Positions 38,592 to 48,600 of a DNA stretch of 64,000 bases are shown here, piece after piece. The notes beneath the pieces are model-generated. The model worked only from the letters and a program-made list of their open reading frames with translations. It had not been told where the DNA came from and ran no database searches. This DNA is from a bacterium (GTDB taxonomy: Bacteria > UBA10199 > 2-02-FULL-50-16 > JAJFLM01), in NCBI GenBank assembly GCA_965216315.1, contig CBDCFN010000016.1, positions 960,001 to 1,024,000 on the forward strand, given 5' to 3'. Both the position numbers and the translations under genes were made by a program. How positions within the stretch are numbered: the first letter of the stretch is position 1; each line of letters starts with the position of its first letter.

Positions 38592-39485
38592 ATGAAAATC
38601 ATTATTGCGGGTTCCAGTGGGTTGGTCGGGTCAGCACTCCGAGCCGCCCTTCAGGCGAACCATCATCAAGTCATTCCGCTCGTCAGGCGGGTTCCGCAGA
38701 CGGGAGAAATCAGGTGGGATCCCGAGGCGGGAGAACTGGACCCTTCGACACTCCTGGGGGCCGATGCGGTCGTGCATTTAGGTGGCGAAAATATTGCGGA
38801 CGGACGCTGGACGGCGGCCAAGAAAGAACGCATTCGCTCCAGTCGGCTCCGCGGGACCCGGCTCCTAAGTGATGCCCTCGCGTCATTACAGACGCCGCCG
38901 CCCGTTTTGCTGACGGCCTCGGCTATCGGCTACTACGGTGATCGTGGTGATGAACTCGTGGACGAGGCGAGCGCTGTAGGGTCCGGGTTTCTCCCGGAAC
39001 TTTGCGCGGACTGGGAGGCCGCATCGAACTCGGCCGAACACAAGGGTGTCCGGGTCATACGCATCCGCATTGGCATTGTATTGAGTTCCGATGGGGGTGC
39101 CCTGAGGAAAATGCTGCCGGCTTTTAAGTTGGGAATTGCCGGTCGTGTCGGTAATGGGCAGCAGTATATGAGTTGGATTGATATCGATGATTTGGTTGGG
39201 GCGATAGGCTATTTGTTGCAGCTTCCTGATGCCGTTGGCACCTATAATGGTGTGGCTCCGAATCCCGTGACGAATAGGGCGTTTACGAAGGTACTGGGGC
39301 AGGTGTTACGACGGCCGACGTTGTTTCCCATGCCTGCCGCCGCCGTTCGCCTTATCTTTGGCGAGATGGGTAACGATCTGCTCCTGGCGAGTACGCGTGT
39401 TCAGCCGGCTCGGCTGCTTTCCTCAGGATATGAGTTTCAGTATCCTCAACTACGCGCCTCATTAAGGCATTTGCTTCGCAAATGA
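38592..39485 (+). CDS. TIGR01777 family NAD-dependent epimerase-like protein (start ATG 38592)
   Basis: IAGSSGLVG, RWT...KERIRSSR, ASAIGYYG, GQQYMSWI. Confidence 0.9.
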   Translation: MKIIIAGSSGLVGSALRAALQANHHQVIPLVRRVPQTGEIRWDPEAGELDPSTLLGADAVVHLGGENIADGRWTAAKKERIRSSRLRGTRLLSDALASLQTPPPVLLTASAIGYYGDRGDELVDEASAVGSGFLPELCADWEAASNSAEHKGVRVIRIRIGIVLSSDGGALRKMLPAFKLGIAGRVGNGQQYMSWIDIDDLVGAIGYLLQLPDAVGTYNGVAPNPVTNRAFTKVLGQVLRRPTLFPMPAAAVRLIFGEMGNDLLLASTRVQPARLLSSGYEFQYPQLRASLRHLLRK

Positions 39486-40498
39486 AGGCTGCGCTTCCTT
39501 ATATTTCGGCGGATATTCCGGGCATTGACGGAGAACTCAAGGTAGAGGCCGCTGATTTTATCGTGGTTGAGATGCCGGCCTATGAGGCCGAGGGCCGGGG
39601 CGAACATGTGTATGTCCGCATGGAGCGTGAGCTAATGACGACGACCGACCTCGTCAGACAGCTTAGCTGGATTTTTGGTCTCGATGAGGTCGCGATTGGT
39701 TATGCGGGACTCAAAGACAAGCTGGCACGAACGACCCAAACGATATCGCTGCATCTTCCATCGTTGAATGAAGACGAAGTTGCTTCCCGTATCGAGGCTG
39801 AAATTCCCGTGAAAGTCCATTCAGTGCAGAGACATGCGCATAAACTGCGGCGAGGACATCTGAAAGGAAATCGCTTCAGTATTTTAGTACGGACTCCGGA
39901 CCCCGAGGCCATTGCTAAGGCGCAGGCGATCGAAGCGGCATTGGAAGAGCGAGGTGTGGCTAATTATTTCGGTTCGCAGCGTTTTGGCCGTGAAAATGAT
40001 AATGCCGACCAGGGTTATCGAATTTTGCTGGGAAAGCGGCGGCGGCGCGATTGGAAGGCCCGCTTGCTCCTTTCCGCGTTTCAATCAGAACTGTTCAATA
40101 GTTGGTTGGGCGCACGCATACGCAGTCACCACTTTGATTGCCTCCTTAAGGGAGACGTCGCCAAAAAGCTGGAAACGGGCGGTTTATTTGTCGTGACGGA
40201 TCTGGAGGCGGATCGCGTGAGGTTGAGGAAGCGGGAGATATCTTATACGGGCCCCTTGTTTGGGGCTAAAATGATGGCTGCCGAGGCGGAGGCAGGGGCG
40301 GTTGAAGAAGAGCTCCTCAAGACGACCGGGCTCACGATGGAGCAATTTTCACGGCAGAAACTGCGGGGGAGTCGTCGCCTGGCACGCCTGTGGCCTGAGG
40401 AAAGGCGTATAAGTGCCGACGAGCAGGGCGTGCGCTTTTCTTTTACGCTCCCCAAAGGGGCCTATGCGACATCTTATCTGCGGGAATTCATGAAATAG
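39482..40498 (+). CDS. truD: tRNA pseudouridine(13) synthase
   Basis: DFIVVE, GEH, YAGLKDK, GHLKGNRF, NYFGSQRFG, LPKGAYAT. Confidence 0.93.
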   Translation: MKAALPYISADIPGIDGELKVEAADFIVVEMPAYEAEGRGEHVYVRMERELMTTTDLVRQLSWIFGLDEVAIGYAGLKDKLARTTQTISLHLPSLNEDEVASRIEAEIPVKVHSVQRHAHKLRRGHLKGNRFSILVRTPDPEAIAKAQAIEAALEERGVANYFGSQRFGRENDNADQGYRILLGKRRRRDWKARLLLSAFQSELFNSWLGARIRSHHFDCLLKGDVAKKLETGGLFVVTDLEADRVRLRKREISYTGPLFGAKMMAAEAEAGAVEEELLKTTGLTMEQFSRQKLRGSRRLARLWPEERRISADEQGVRFSFTLPKGAYATSYLREFMK

Positions 40499-40507
40499 GG
40501 TGGCCCA

Positions 40508-40550
40508 TGAGCCGGCCGACGGTCACCCGTCGTCCGGCTCAGACCTTTTG
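40508..40550 (+). terminator. Hairpin after truD
   Basis: TGAGCCGG-C-CGACGG...CCGTCG-T-CCGGCTCA then CCTTTTG. Confidence 0.5.
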
Positions 40551-40998
40551 AGTGTCGCTATGACTTTCTCTCCCCGCCCAGAGAGGCTGCAAATAGAGGG
40601 CCAACGCGGATTCGCGGCTAAGTCCTTGATAATACTGAGTCACCGCGGTGAAGGGGGGTGCCAAAAATGCAAAGATACCCCCATAAGTGTCAACTTATTG
40701 ACTCAAAAAACCGTTGGTAGCGGATTGTTTCTAAGGTTGAGCGCGGACGCTTCGTCACGGCTCAAGCGATGGCTGAAGAAATTTTATCTGTGACGATGCA
40801 CTCCATTTTTCTGCGCCACGTCCTCTCGGCATGTTTAAAAAATAGGCAACAAAAATTGAAGTCCGCTGAAAATAAATCTGCGTTTGACCCTATAAATAAA
40901 GGCTAAAATGAAAAAAAATATTCGACAAGCCTTGCTATTCTTGCTAATAATGGGCGCCTGAATAGCACTCATACTTTTACCGAAGGAGGTAATCTCTA

Positions 40999-41319
40999 AT
41001 GGCTAAAGCTCTAACAAAAGCACAAACAATCGACAAACTTGCGACACGCAGTGGTTTCACTAAAAAAGATATCGCGGGTGTGCTCGAAGAATTGGCCAAC
41101 TTAGCTTATAAAGAAGCAAAGAATGGTTTCACCTTGCCAGGACTGGGTAAACTCGTACTGGTGAATCGTAAGGCACGCATGGGACGTAATCCTCAAACTG
41201 GTGAGGCCATTAAGATTCCAGCGAAACGCGTCGTTAAATTCCGTGTAGCCAAAGCGGCTAAAGATTCCATTCTTGGACCTGCCAAGAAAAAGCCTGCTGC
41301 ACGTAAAAAGCGTAAGTAA
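40999..41319 (+). CDS. hup: HU family DNA-binding protein with basic C-terminal tail
   Basis: LPGLGKL...RKARMGRNPQTGEAIKIPAK, tail PAKKKPAARKKRK, GGAGGT RBS. Confidence 0.92.
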   Translation: MAKALTKAQTIDKLATRSGFTKKDIAGVLEELANLAYKEAKNGFTLPGLGKLVLVNRKARMGRNPQTGEAIKIPAKRVVKFRVAKAAKDSILGPAKKKPAARKKRK

Positions 41320-41340
41320 GTTAGTTTAGTTTTGAATTAT

Positions 41341-41380
41341 AAGGGGCGGATCGATTTTAATCGGTCCGCCCCTTTTTTTT
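41341..41380 (+). terminator. Intrinsic terminator
   Basis: AAGGGGCGGATCGATT-tt-AATCGGTCCGCCCCTT followed by a T tract. Confidence 0.85.
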
Positions 41381-42372
41381 TATTTAGCTAAATACTTGTA
41401 TTCGACGAACCAATCATAGGCTGTTTGAATTGCTTGCTGTGCGGAAGCGGGCTGGTAATCAAGCTCTTTGCGGGCCTTGTCGGAACTGACATAATGACCG
41501 ATGCGACCGATACGCATGACATGATTGTTAATGTCGGCGAAAGTATGGGGCCAAATGCGGCCGAGTAAACCGCCTAAGAATCCTACCGGCCAAGTCAAGC
41601 GCGGGTCGAGAGGCAGCTTAGGTGTTTTTGCTTTCGTGATGGTCGCCATGAGTTTCATGATATCCAGATAAGTCAGATTGTCTCCCCCGAGTATATAGCG
41701 TTCACCTGTCTTACCTTTTATTAAGGCATTGATGTGGCCATCGACGACGGCATCGACCGGGGCGAGAGAAATGCCACCAAGCGGATAAACGGGGACCTTG
41801 CCCTTGGCGATCATGATCAGCATGCGGCCGCTCGTTGGACGAATATCCCAGGGCCCGATGATATAACCGGGGTTGACGACCACCGCATCTAATGAATGGT
41901 TGCGGACGGCTTGCAAGACGACTTGTTCGCCTTCATATTTCGAATCACAGTAGGGATTATTGAGGTCTTTAAAATTCCACTCGCTGTTTTCTGTCGCCGG
42001 ATTATCGGGTGAGCCGTAACCGATTGCTGCAATAGAGCTGGTATGGACGAGACGTTTGACGCCGGCATCGAGGCAGGCGGTCACGATGTGGCGGACTCCC
42101 TCGACGTTGATGCTCTCGGTATGGTGACGGACAAAAGGGCTGATATTGACATAGCCGGCGACGTGAAAAACGACTTCACAGCCATCCACTGCCGAACGGA
42201 GCGTGCTGGGCTTCGTGATGTCACCATAGGCTTTTTCCAAAGGCAGCCCATCTAAGGGCCAGGTCTGGCTGCTCTTGCGGAGCAGGATACGAACATCATG
42301 TCCTGCTTTAATGAGACGTCGGACGAGATTGATGCCGACAAGCCCCGTAGCGCCGGTAACGAGTATTTTCAT
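41380..42372 (-). CDS. NAD-dependent epimerase/dehydratase (HpnA/dihydroflavonol reductase-like)
   Basis: TGATGLVG, HTSSIAAIG, YCDSK, VVVNPG.IIGP.D. Confidence 0.85.
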   Translation of the reverse strand: MKILVTGATGLVGINLVRRLIKAGHDVRILLRKSSQTWPLDGLPLEKAYGDITKPSTLRSAVDGCEVVFHVAGYVNISPFVRHHTESINVEGVRHIVTACLDAGVKRLVHTSSIAAIGYGSPDNPATENSEWNFKDLNNPYCDSKYEGEQVVLQAVRNHSLDAVVVNPGYIIGPWDIRPTSGRMLIMIAKGKVPVYPLGGISLAPVDAVVDGHINALIKGKTGERYILGGDNLTYLDIMKLMATITKAKTPKLPLDPRLTWPVGFLGGLLGRIWPHTFADINNHVMRIGRIGHYVSSDKARKELDYQPASAQQAIQTAYDWFVEYKYLAK

Positions 42373-42415
42373 CGTGATTTCCTGAAGGAGCTATTACCGC
42401 GTTGCCTGACGATAA

Positions 42416-43384
42416 TCAATGTTCTATCTTGTCCAAGAGCGCATCGATCTGTGCGAGCCTGGCTTCAAGTCTGTTATATGTCTTGGAGAGGTACAGCCGT
42501 GCTTCATAGCCACGATCGGTTTGGGTGGCCACGTCGCGGGCGATTTCTTGAAACTCGCGCGCGTCGATAAGCCTAATGAGTTCAGCAAAGGCGGCACCAT
42601 AAAGATCCCGGTAATAAACAAAGCGCAGCTCACGAGGGGCCATGGCGTCCAATCCGCCCAAGAATTGGCGGGTCGCAGCGACAATGGAGTTGAGATAAAT
42701 CGAAATGACTCTGACTTGCTCGGGGCTATTCCGCGGCTGTGCGGCGTTGATATCATCAAAGTAAGTTTGGCCTTCATCGATCAGTCCCCGCAATAATGCA
42801 ATGAAGGTTCGGGCAAATAGCGCGCCAAAGGCATTCACTTCAGGATTATCTTTCAGGCGATAATATTGATTTAAACTATAGACCGTCATTGTTGGCGAGT
42901 CCTTGAGTTGATGTGGCTGCTGAGTAGCCGCCAAGGCAACTCTCTTGCGTGTGGGCGGTGTACGTAAAGTCGCTACAAAGACATCAAGCGCCCCGCGCCA
43001 TGAGGGCTGGTCCAGGTCAAGCAGGGCATGCAGTTCATTTAACTGACCGAAGGGGCGATACCGGTAAGACCATTCCAGCGCAAAGCGCCGGCTGAAACGA
43101 CTTGCTAGCAGGACCGCCCCGACTCCCAAAACTATAATTGTTGCGGGCCCCAAAGAATCATCAGTACAGCCGGCACTGCCGGCTGCCAATGCGGTTAGTG
43201 TTGTGCGCGTGGCTACCGATGAACGTATCTCGTGGAGAGAACAATCAGGGAGAATTGTAGCGTGAGGTTCTATTTGTGTTGAGTCAACACGAGTAGAGTT
43301 TTCCGAAAGGGAGGTATTAGAACGTATGGCTGCCAAGAGTAATCCTGGTTGGCAGAAACTTAGTATGTGAGATGAAGCGATCAT
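42416..43384 (-). CDS. Orphan protein, Ser/Thr-rich N-terminus, one TM, helical C-terminus
   Basis: 322-aa ORF, TM ATIIVLGVGAVLLA, GGAGCGAGG RBS. Confidence 0.6.
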   Translation of the reverse strand: MIASSHILSFCQPGLLLAAIRSNTSLSENSTRVDSTQIEPHATILPDCSLHEIRSSVATRTTLTALAAGSAGCTDDSLGPATIIVLGVGAVLLASRFSRRFALEWSYRYRPFGQLNELHALLDLDQPSWRGALDVFVATLRTPPTRKRVALAATQQPHQLKDSPTMTVYSLNQYYRLKDNPEVNAFGALFARTFIALLRGLIDEGQTYFDDINAAQPRNSPEQVRVISIYLNSIVAATRQFLGGLDAMAPRELRFVYYRDLYGAAFAELIRLIDAREFQEIARDVATQTDRGYEARLYLSKTYNRLEARLAQIDALLDKIEH

Positions 43385-43441
43385 TTACAACCTCGCTCCC
43401 ATGACCATGACATGACACCCCGTACAGCACCTGACTATGGT

Positions 43442-43468
43442 TCTTCGGCTAGGTGTCCAGCAGGTTGC
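43442..43468 (-). promoter_or_regulatory. RCAAC-N16-CGAW motif copy 7
   Basis: GCAAC-ctgctggacacctagc-CGAAGA, about 57 nt before the ATG at 43384. Confidence 0.6.
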
Positions 43469-43515
43469 GTAATTTATTGAGATTATATGCGTGTCTTGCC
43501 GCTGGGCCAGATGTT

Positions 43516-43914
43516 CTATTCTTGGGAGCAGACGAGAAGCTTTAAAGCATCTTCAAATTGGACTTCGATCTTATCATCGATGGCCAGCCGCATGACAACG
43601 CCTTTGCCGAAGGTCTCATGGTCGATAAGGTCCCCCTCTTCAAAACTTTTATCCATGGCGTATGGTTTCGCGGCGCCATCTGTCTTAGCGAGGGCTTCTT
43701 TCCAAATTTCAGCTTCCGACGGGGTCGTTTTCTTTTTAGTCACCGCATCAGGGTCTCTGTAATTGTGTTTCGCGGAGCACGTCTTGCATTGGCACTTCCC
43801 GACTGTTGTGTCATTTTTCATGTCAATAATGACGTGGGCGAGAGCTAATTTGCATTTTCCACAATACGAAAGGACCTCTTTGCCCACTCCAAGTTCTTCT
43901 TTTTTAGTGCTCAT
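43516..43914 (-). CDS. Conserved hypothetical: Zn-ribbon (CxxC-H...CxxC-H) plus Tudor/SH3-like C-terminal domain
   Basis: CGKC...H, CKTC...H, GDLIDHETFGKGVV...IEVQF. Confidence 0.75.
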   Translation of the reverse strand: MSTKKEELGVGKEVLSYCGKCKLALAHVIIDMKNDTTVGKCQCKTCSAKHNYRDPDAVTKKKTTPSEAEIWKEALAKTDGAAKPYAMDKSFEEGDLIDHETFGKGVVMRLAIDDKIEVQFEDALKLLVCSQE

Positions 43915-44089
43915 CAGTAGGACCTCTGGATAATAACGTTCATTTTATTAATAAATTTATGAATGTGATTTATTCTCGGTGTAAGATTTAGACCACGATG
44001 ACTGTGTGATGGTTATAGGCCAGGTTTCATTGAATAGCAAGGAGCAATATTCATGGTCATCGCGATAGAACTTTAGTAAAATCGAGTCT

Positions 44090-44485
44090 ATGGAAACTTC
44101 TATAATGCTTGCCCGGCTGATTGCATTGCTCTATGGGGCGGTTGGTCTCGGGATGATCCTCAACCGCGCTCACTACGAAAAACTCTATCGTGCGCTCATT
44201 GAAAGTCCGGCCTTGATTTATATCAGCGGCATCATTGCGCTGCTCTTTGGGTTCTTAATCGTCAGCATCCATAACATATGGGACGTGCAATGGACGCTCT
44301 TTATTACGATCTTCGGCTGGTTGGCCTTGATCAAAGGCATCGTCATATTAGCTGCACCCAAGCTGTTAATCATTACAGCCCAATTCTTTCTTGGGAAGAG
44401 ACACTTTATGGTCTGGGAAGGGGTCTTTGCGCTCGCACTCGGACTTGTCATGGCGTACTTCGGATTTTGTCCGGCGGCTCTTTAA
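44090..44485 (+). CDS. Small 4-TM membrane protein
   Basis: Hydrophobic helices, HNIW...W..ITIFGW..LIKG pattern. Confidence 0.75.
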   Translation: METSIMLARLIALLYGAVGLGMILNRAHYEKLYRALIESPALIYISGIIALLFGFLIVSIHNIWDVQWTLFITIFGWLALIKGIVILAAPKLLIITAQFFLGKRHFMVWEGVFALALGLVMAYFGFCPAAL

Positions 44486-44492
44486 TTTATTG

Positions 44493-45569
44493 TTAGAATC
44501 GCAAGTGTTTCCAATAGTCTTTTGGATCCTCGGAGCGGGAACGGCGCAAGCGGCGTTCCAGTTCCTGTGAGTTGCTTGCAGAGAGGTTCGAGTCAGTGAT
44601 GATGTCGAGAGCTCGCTCCCGTTGTCCACTCAATTCAAGGGCCCGAATCAGGTAATAATAGCCGATGATCGAGTCACCAAATTCATCCAACAAGGCTTCG
44701 GCCTCCGAGATAACTAAATCATAGTTGGCACTGGCAAGACCACGTTGCATCGGAATTTCAATAATATCTTGATTGATGAGGGTCTCATTTGCAATTAACT
44801 CTGCCTCCAGCTCATCTTCCAGTCGATCAATTTCATCCTCGCGTTCATCTATTTTTTCCTCGATGGTTAGCGCTTCATCCAGTAAGGCCGTCTCTTCTTC
44901 GCTGTCTTCTTCGACGAATTCCAAGTCAAAATCGATATCCGTGAGTTCTTCCTCCAGTTCGTCAAGATCATCTTCCATTCGATCGATACGCGCATCTGTC
45001 CGGGTAATCAGAAAGGCCTCCTTGCGTAGTCCTATCTCGCTTGTGACATCGAATGTTGCCATCTCGTCCAGAAGATTTTCCACGTCAGCGTCGTCAATAC
45101 TTTCTAAATGAGCAGCCTCTTTTGTGAGCAAGAGGATGAGTTTTGCTTTGTAGGCGGAATAGCTGGAGGGTTCGCGTTCGATAAGTTCTTCCGCTATCTC
45201 AATGCCATCGTTGATAGACTCAAGTGATAATTTTTCGCGGTTCTTGAGCGTAAACTCTACCTGTCTTGCCAGTGTGTCCGTGCGTTGCTCACTGATAGCT
45301 ATGGGTGCCTCGGACAGCGATTCGGGTTGATTGGATGCTTCCACCTCCGCTTGTCCCGCTGGAACAGGTTTAGAGCCTTCTTGCACGTCTTTAATGTTGA
45401 CTAATAGTTCGTGCCAAGGGACAGGCTTCTTTTTGCCCGCTTCGCTTAACTGTAGCTTCAGTTGCAGTGCGACGGTTTCCTTCTGTTTTGTGTAATAAAG
45501 ATAGGCCAAAGCGCCAGTGAGGCTGACTAAGACAAGAAACAGAACATAAGCGATACTTTTTTTCTTCAT
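44493..45569 (-). CDS. Membrane-anchored protein with acidic coiled coil and TPR-like helices (probable start 45569)
   Basis: MKKKS followed by a TM, very D/E-rich heptad region, TPR-like ends. Confidence 0.65.
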   Translation of the reverse strand: MKKKSIAYVLFLVLVSLTGALAYLYYTKQKETVALQLKLQLSEAGKKKPVPWHELLVNIKDVQEGSKPVPAGQAEVEASNQPESLSEAPIAISEQRTDTLARQVEFTLKNREKLSLESINDGIEIAEELIEREPSSYSAYKAKLILLLTKEAAHLESIDDADVENLLDEMATFDVTSEIGLRKEAFLITRTDARIDRMEDDLDELEEELTDIDFDLEFVEEDSEEETALLDEALTIEEKIDEREDEIDRLEDELEAELIANETLINQDIIEIPMQRGLASANYDLVISEAEALLDEFGDSIIGYYYLIRALELSGQRERALDIITDSNLSASNSQELERRLRRSRSEDPKDYWKHLRF

Positions 45570-45643
45570 GGGCGGACCCCCGCAGCTTAGTATCCTTTTT
45601 ATAGCCGCAAGTTTTGCATAGAGTTGCTTCACATGTAAACTAC

Positions 45644-48600
45644 TCATTTAGCTCTCTTAATCATCTTATAAAAATACCCCGGGCTGACACCGAGTTGTTC
45701 GATGGCTTGATAGGGTTTGTCATTGCAGGTCTTGAGTGCGGCTTGAAATATTTCCGGGATATAGTCGGCGATTTTCTTACCCTTGGAATAGACAAAGGGG
45801 CTTGAGAATAAGGGATTATTTTTGTCGTTCAAGTCCCATTCTTTTACCTTCTTATACATGGTCGTGGCAGCAAGGCCGAGGGAGGTTGCGGTTGCCTTGA
45901 TCTGGTAGTTATGTTCCGCCAGAGCCTTCGCGATAATAACACGTTCATAATCCGCCCACTGCAGCTGCGAGTCGTAGTGATTGTGGGTATCAATTCTAAC
46001 CGTTGAGGTGGGGCTCGGAGCTACAGATGTCGTGCCGGCAGGTCGTACGTCTGACGCTGGGTTTTGCATGAAACGACTTAGTGGATGCGTCCTTGGAATA
46101 GCTGTCGTATCAATGACGCCTTTTTCGGACAAGGCGATCGTGACTTTGATCAGATTTTCGAGTTCGCGAATATTTCCCGGCCAGGGATATTCAATTAAAG
46201 TCTTCATTAGAGCGGAGACGACGCGTACTTTCTTATCGCCTTTCTCTAAGGAGATAAAATGGTCGATGAGAAGGGGAATATCCTCGGGGCGATCACGGAG
46301 TGCGGGGAGATCCAGTCGGATTTGGCAGAGTCGGTAAAAGAGGTCTTCGCGGAACTGCTCCTGTCTGACAAGCTCTTCCAGGTCTTGGTTGGAGGCAGAG
46401 ACGATACGGATATCGGCTTGCAAAACTTTTGTGTCGCCTACCCGCCGGAATTCACCTTCTTGAAGTAGGCGCAGGAGTTTGACTTGAAGCATTAAATCCA
46501 ACTCTGCAATTTCATCTAAGAAAAGGGTGCCGCCGTGAGCCTCCTCGACAAGGCCTTTTTTGTCGCGGGAGGCGCCGGTAAATGCGCCGGCCTTCACACC
46601 AAACAATTCACTTTCCATGAGGTTCTCCGGAATCGCACCGCAATTGACAGCGACGAAGGACTTATTGCTTCGCGTGCTGTGTCGATGCAACGCTCTGGCG
46701 ATGAGTTCTTTACCCGTGCCGGATTCTCCGTGGATGTAGACTGCGAGATCTGTGTCGGCAATTTTATCCATCAGCGAAAACAGCTCTTTCATCGCTTTGG
46801 AACGTCCGATAATGCCGTCGACTTCATAGTGAGATAGAGATTGGAGTTCAGGAAGCAGTGCCTGGTAGTGTTCGAGTTTACCGCTCATCTCGACGATTTG
46901 CGCCTCAAGATTGCTATGCGAGGCTTTTACTTGCGATAAAGTTTTGGCGTTAGCGATGGCAATGCCTGCCTGGTCGGCAAAAGCACTCATGACTTCCATG
47001 TTGGATTCATCAAAGGCGCCTTTTTGGAGTCGGTTCTCCAGATAAAGGGCCCCGATTGTTTGCTGCTTGGATCGTATTGGCAGACAGAGTACGGCTTTAA
47101 TGTCGAGCCCCGTAATCGACGATTCCTCGGAAAAACGCTCGTCGACCTTCGCATCCTGGGTCGTGATCCATTGCCCCGTCGACATCGCGCGTTCTGCGAT
47201 CGTTCGACTGAATTCGGCGATATCTTCCGAATTTTTCAAATTAAGCGAGGCCTTTATTTCTAATTTTCCATCCTCTGAATGAAGCAGAATGAGGCCGCTT
47301 TCAGCGCTCGAAAATTCCAAGGCGTATTGAAGCACTGTTTTGAGCACAAAGTCCAAATCCGACTCGGCGTTAATAAATTGATTGATCTTGAGAATGGAGG
47401 CGTAGGGATTGCTCATGTTAGGCTCCCGGGGTTGAGGCGTCGGCTCAGGTTGCATGATTTTCATCTTGAGCTGGTTGGCTTTTCTTTCCTCGTCGGGTGA
47501 CAACGATAGGGAACTCAATGCCGAGTAAGTTTCTTCGGCGTCGAGATAGCGATTTTGGTCGAGATGCAGCTCAGTGAGGGCGTGGAGAGCCCAAAACTTG
47601 AGCGACTCCACGTGATTTTTAGCCAGTTCATGGCACTCATTCAGGTAATTAAGACTGGCTTGCCATTCTTGTTGACGCCTGGCCATGTCACCGAGCTCGA
47701 GCAGAGCACGGCAGAGTGAATGCCATTCAAACGCGGATTTTAAGGGACGGTTGCGCAAGAGACTGACGGCGAGCTCCAGGCGCATCCGTGCTTTGGCGAA
47801 CTCCTGCTGTTGTGAGTATAAGGTGCCGAGATTGACGAGCAATGCCGTTTGACCGATCAAATCTCCAATGCGCTCACAGAGGGCCAGACCTCGTTCATAA
47901 TATGCGGTACTCTCCTCTGCATTTTCAGTAATATGATAGACATTGCCGAGACCGTTATAGGCGCGCAGTAACAATTCAGAGTTTTTTATTTGTTGGGCAT
48001 AGCGCGCGGCGTTTTTGTAATGACTGATAGCTTGATCATATTCTTCGAGAACGAGGCAGGCCTCGGCGATATTGTAGTGCCCTCTCGCGATGAGTAGATT
48101 GTCCTCGATTTTTTCATAAAAGAGGAGGTCTTCTTCGAATTGGCCTAAGGCTTTTTCATATTCACGCAAGGAAAAGAAGGCCATTCCCAAGTCGTTGTTG
48201 GTAACGCGTCGTTTCTCATCGTCAGACAATTCATTCTTCCATTGCAAGTAGGTTTCCCGAAAAATTTTAATCGCTTCTTCATAGTTTCCTTCTTGTAATA
48301 GAACACGTGCCTGAAAATTTTTAAGGTTCAATTGCTTGGTGAGCGGAGCCTCCGAGCTAGTGATAAGACTTTGTGCCTTATCGAATGAGGCTTGGGCCTT
48401 TTCTGTGTTGCCCAGTTTTAGGGATAACGCCCCAATACGGATGATCGTATCGAGCTGTTCTTGTAAGGCCTCTGTTTTTTTGAGCTTCTTAAGTGATTCA
48501 CTGACTTCATCGCACGCGGCTTCGGCGGCTGCATAATCAAGCGCTAATAAGCTCGCTTCAGACAGTTTGAGTAAATACTCAATACGTTCCCGCTTAGCCG

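Noticed and set aside
40500..40793. 97-aa ORF after truD
   Set aside because: GTG start inside a terminator-like hairpin region, no RBS, no recognisable protein features.
40846..40872. GCAAC-N16-TGAAAA upstream of HU
   Set aside because: Lacks the invariant C of CGA and lies in A-rich sequence.
43400..43416. CATGAC-CATGAC-ATGAC micro-repeat in the leader of the 43384 gene
   Set aside because: Too short to distinguish from chance.
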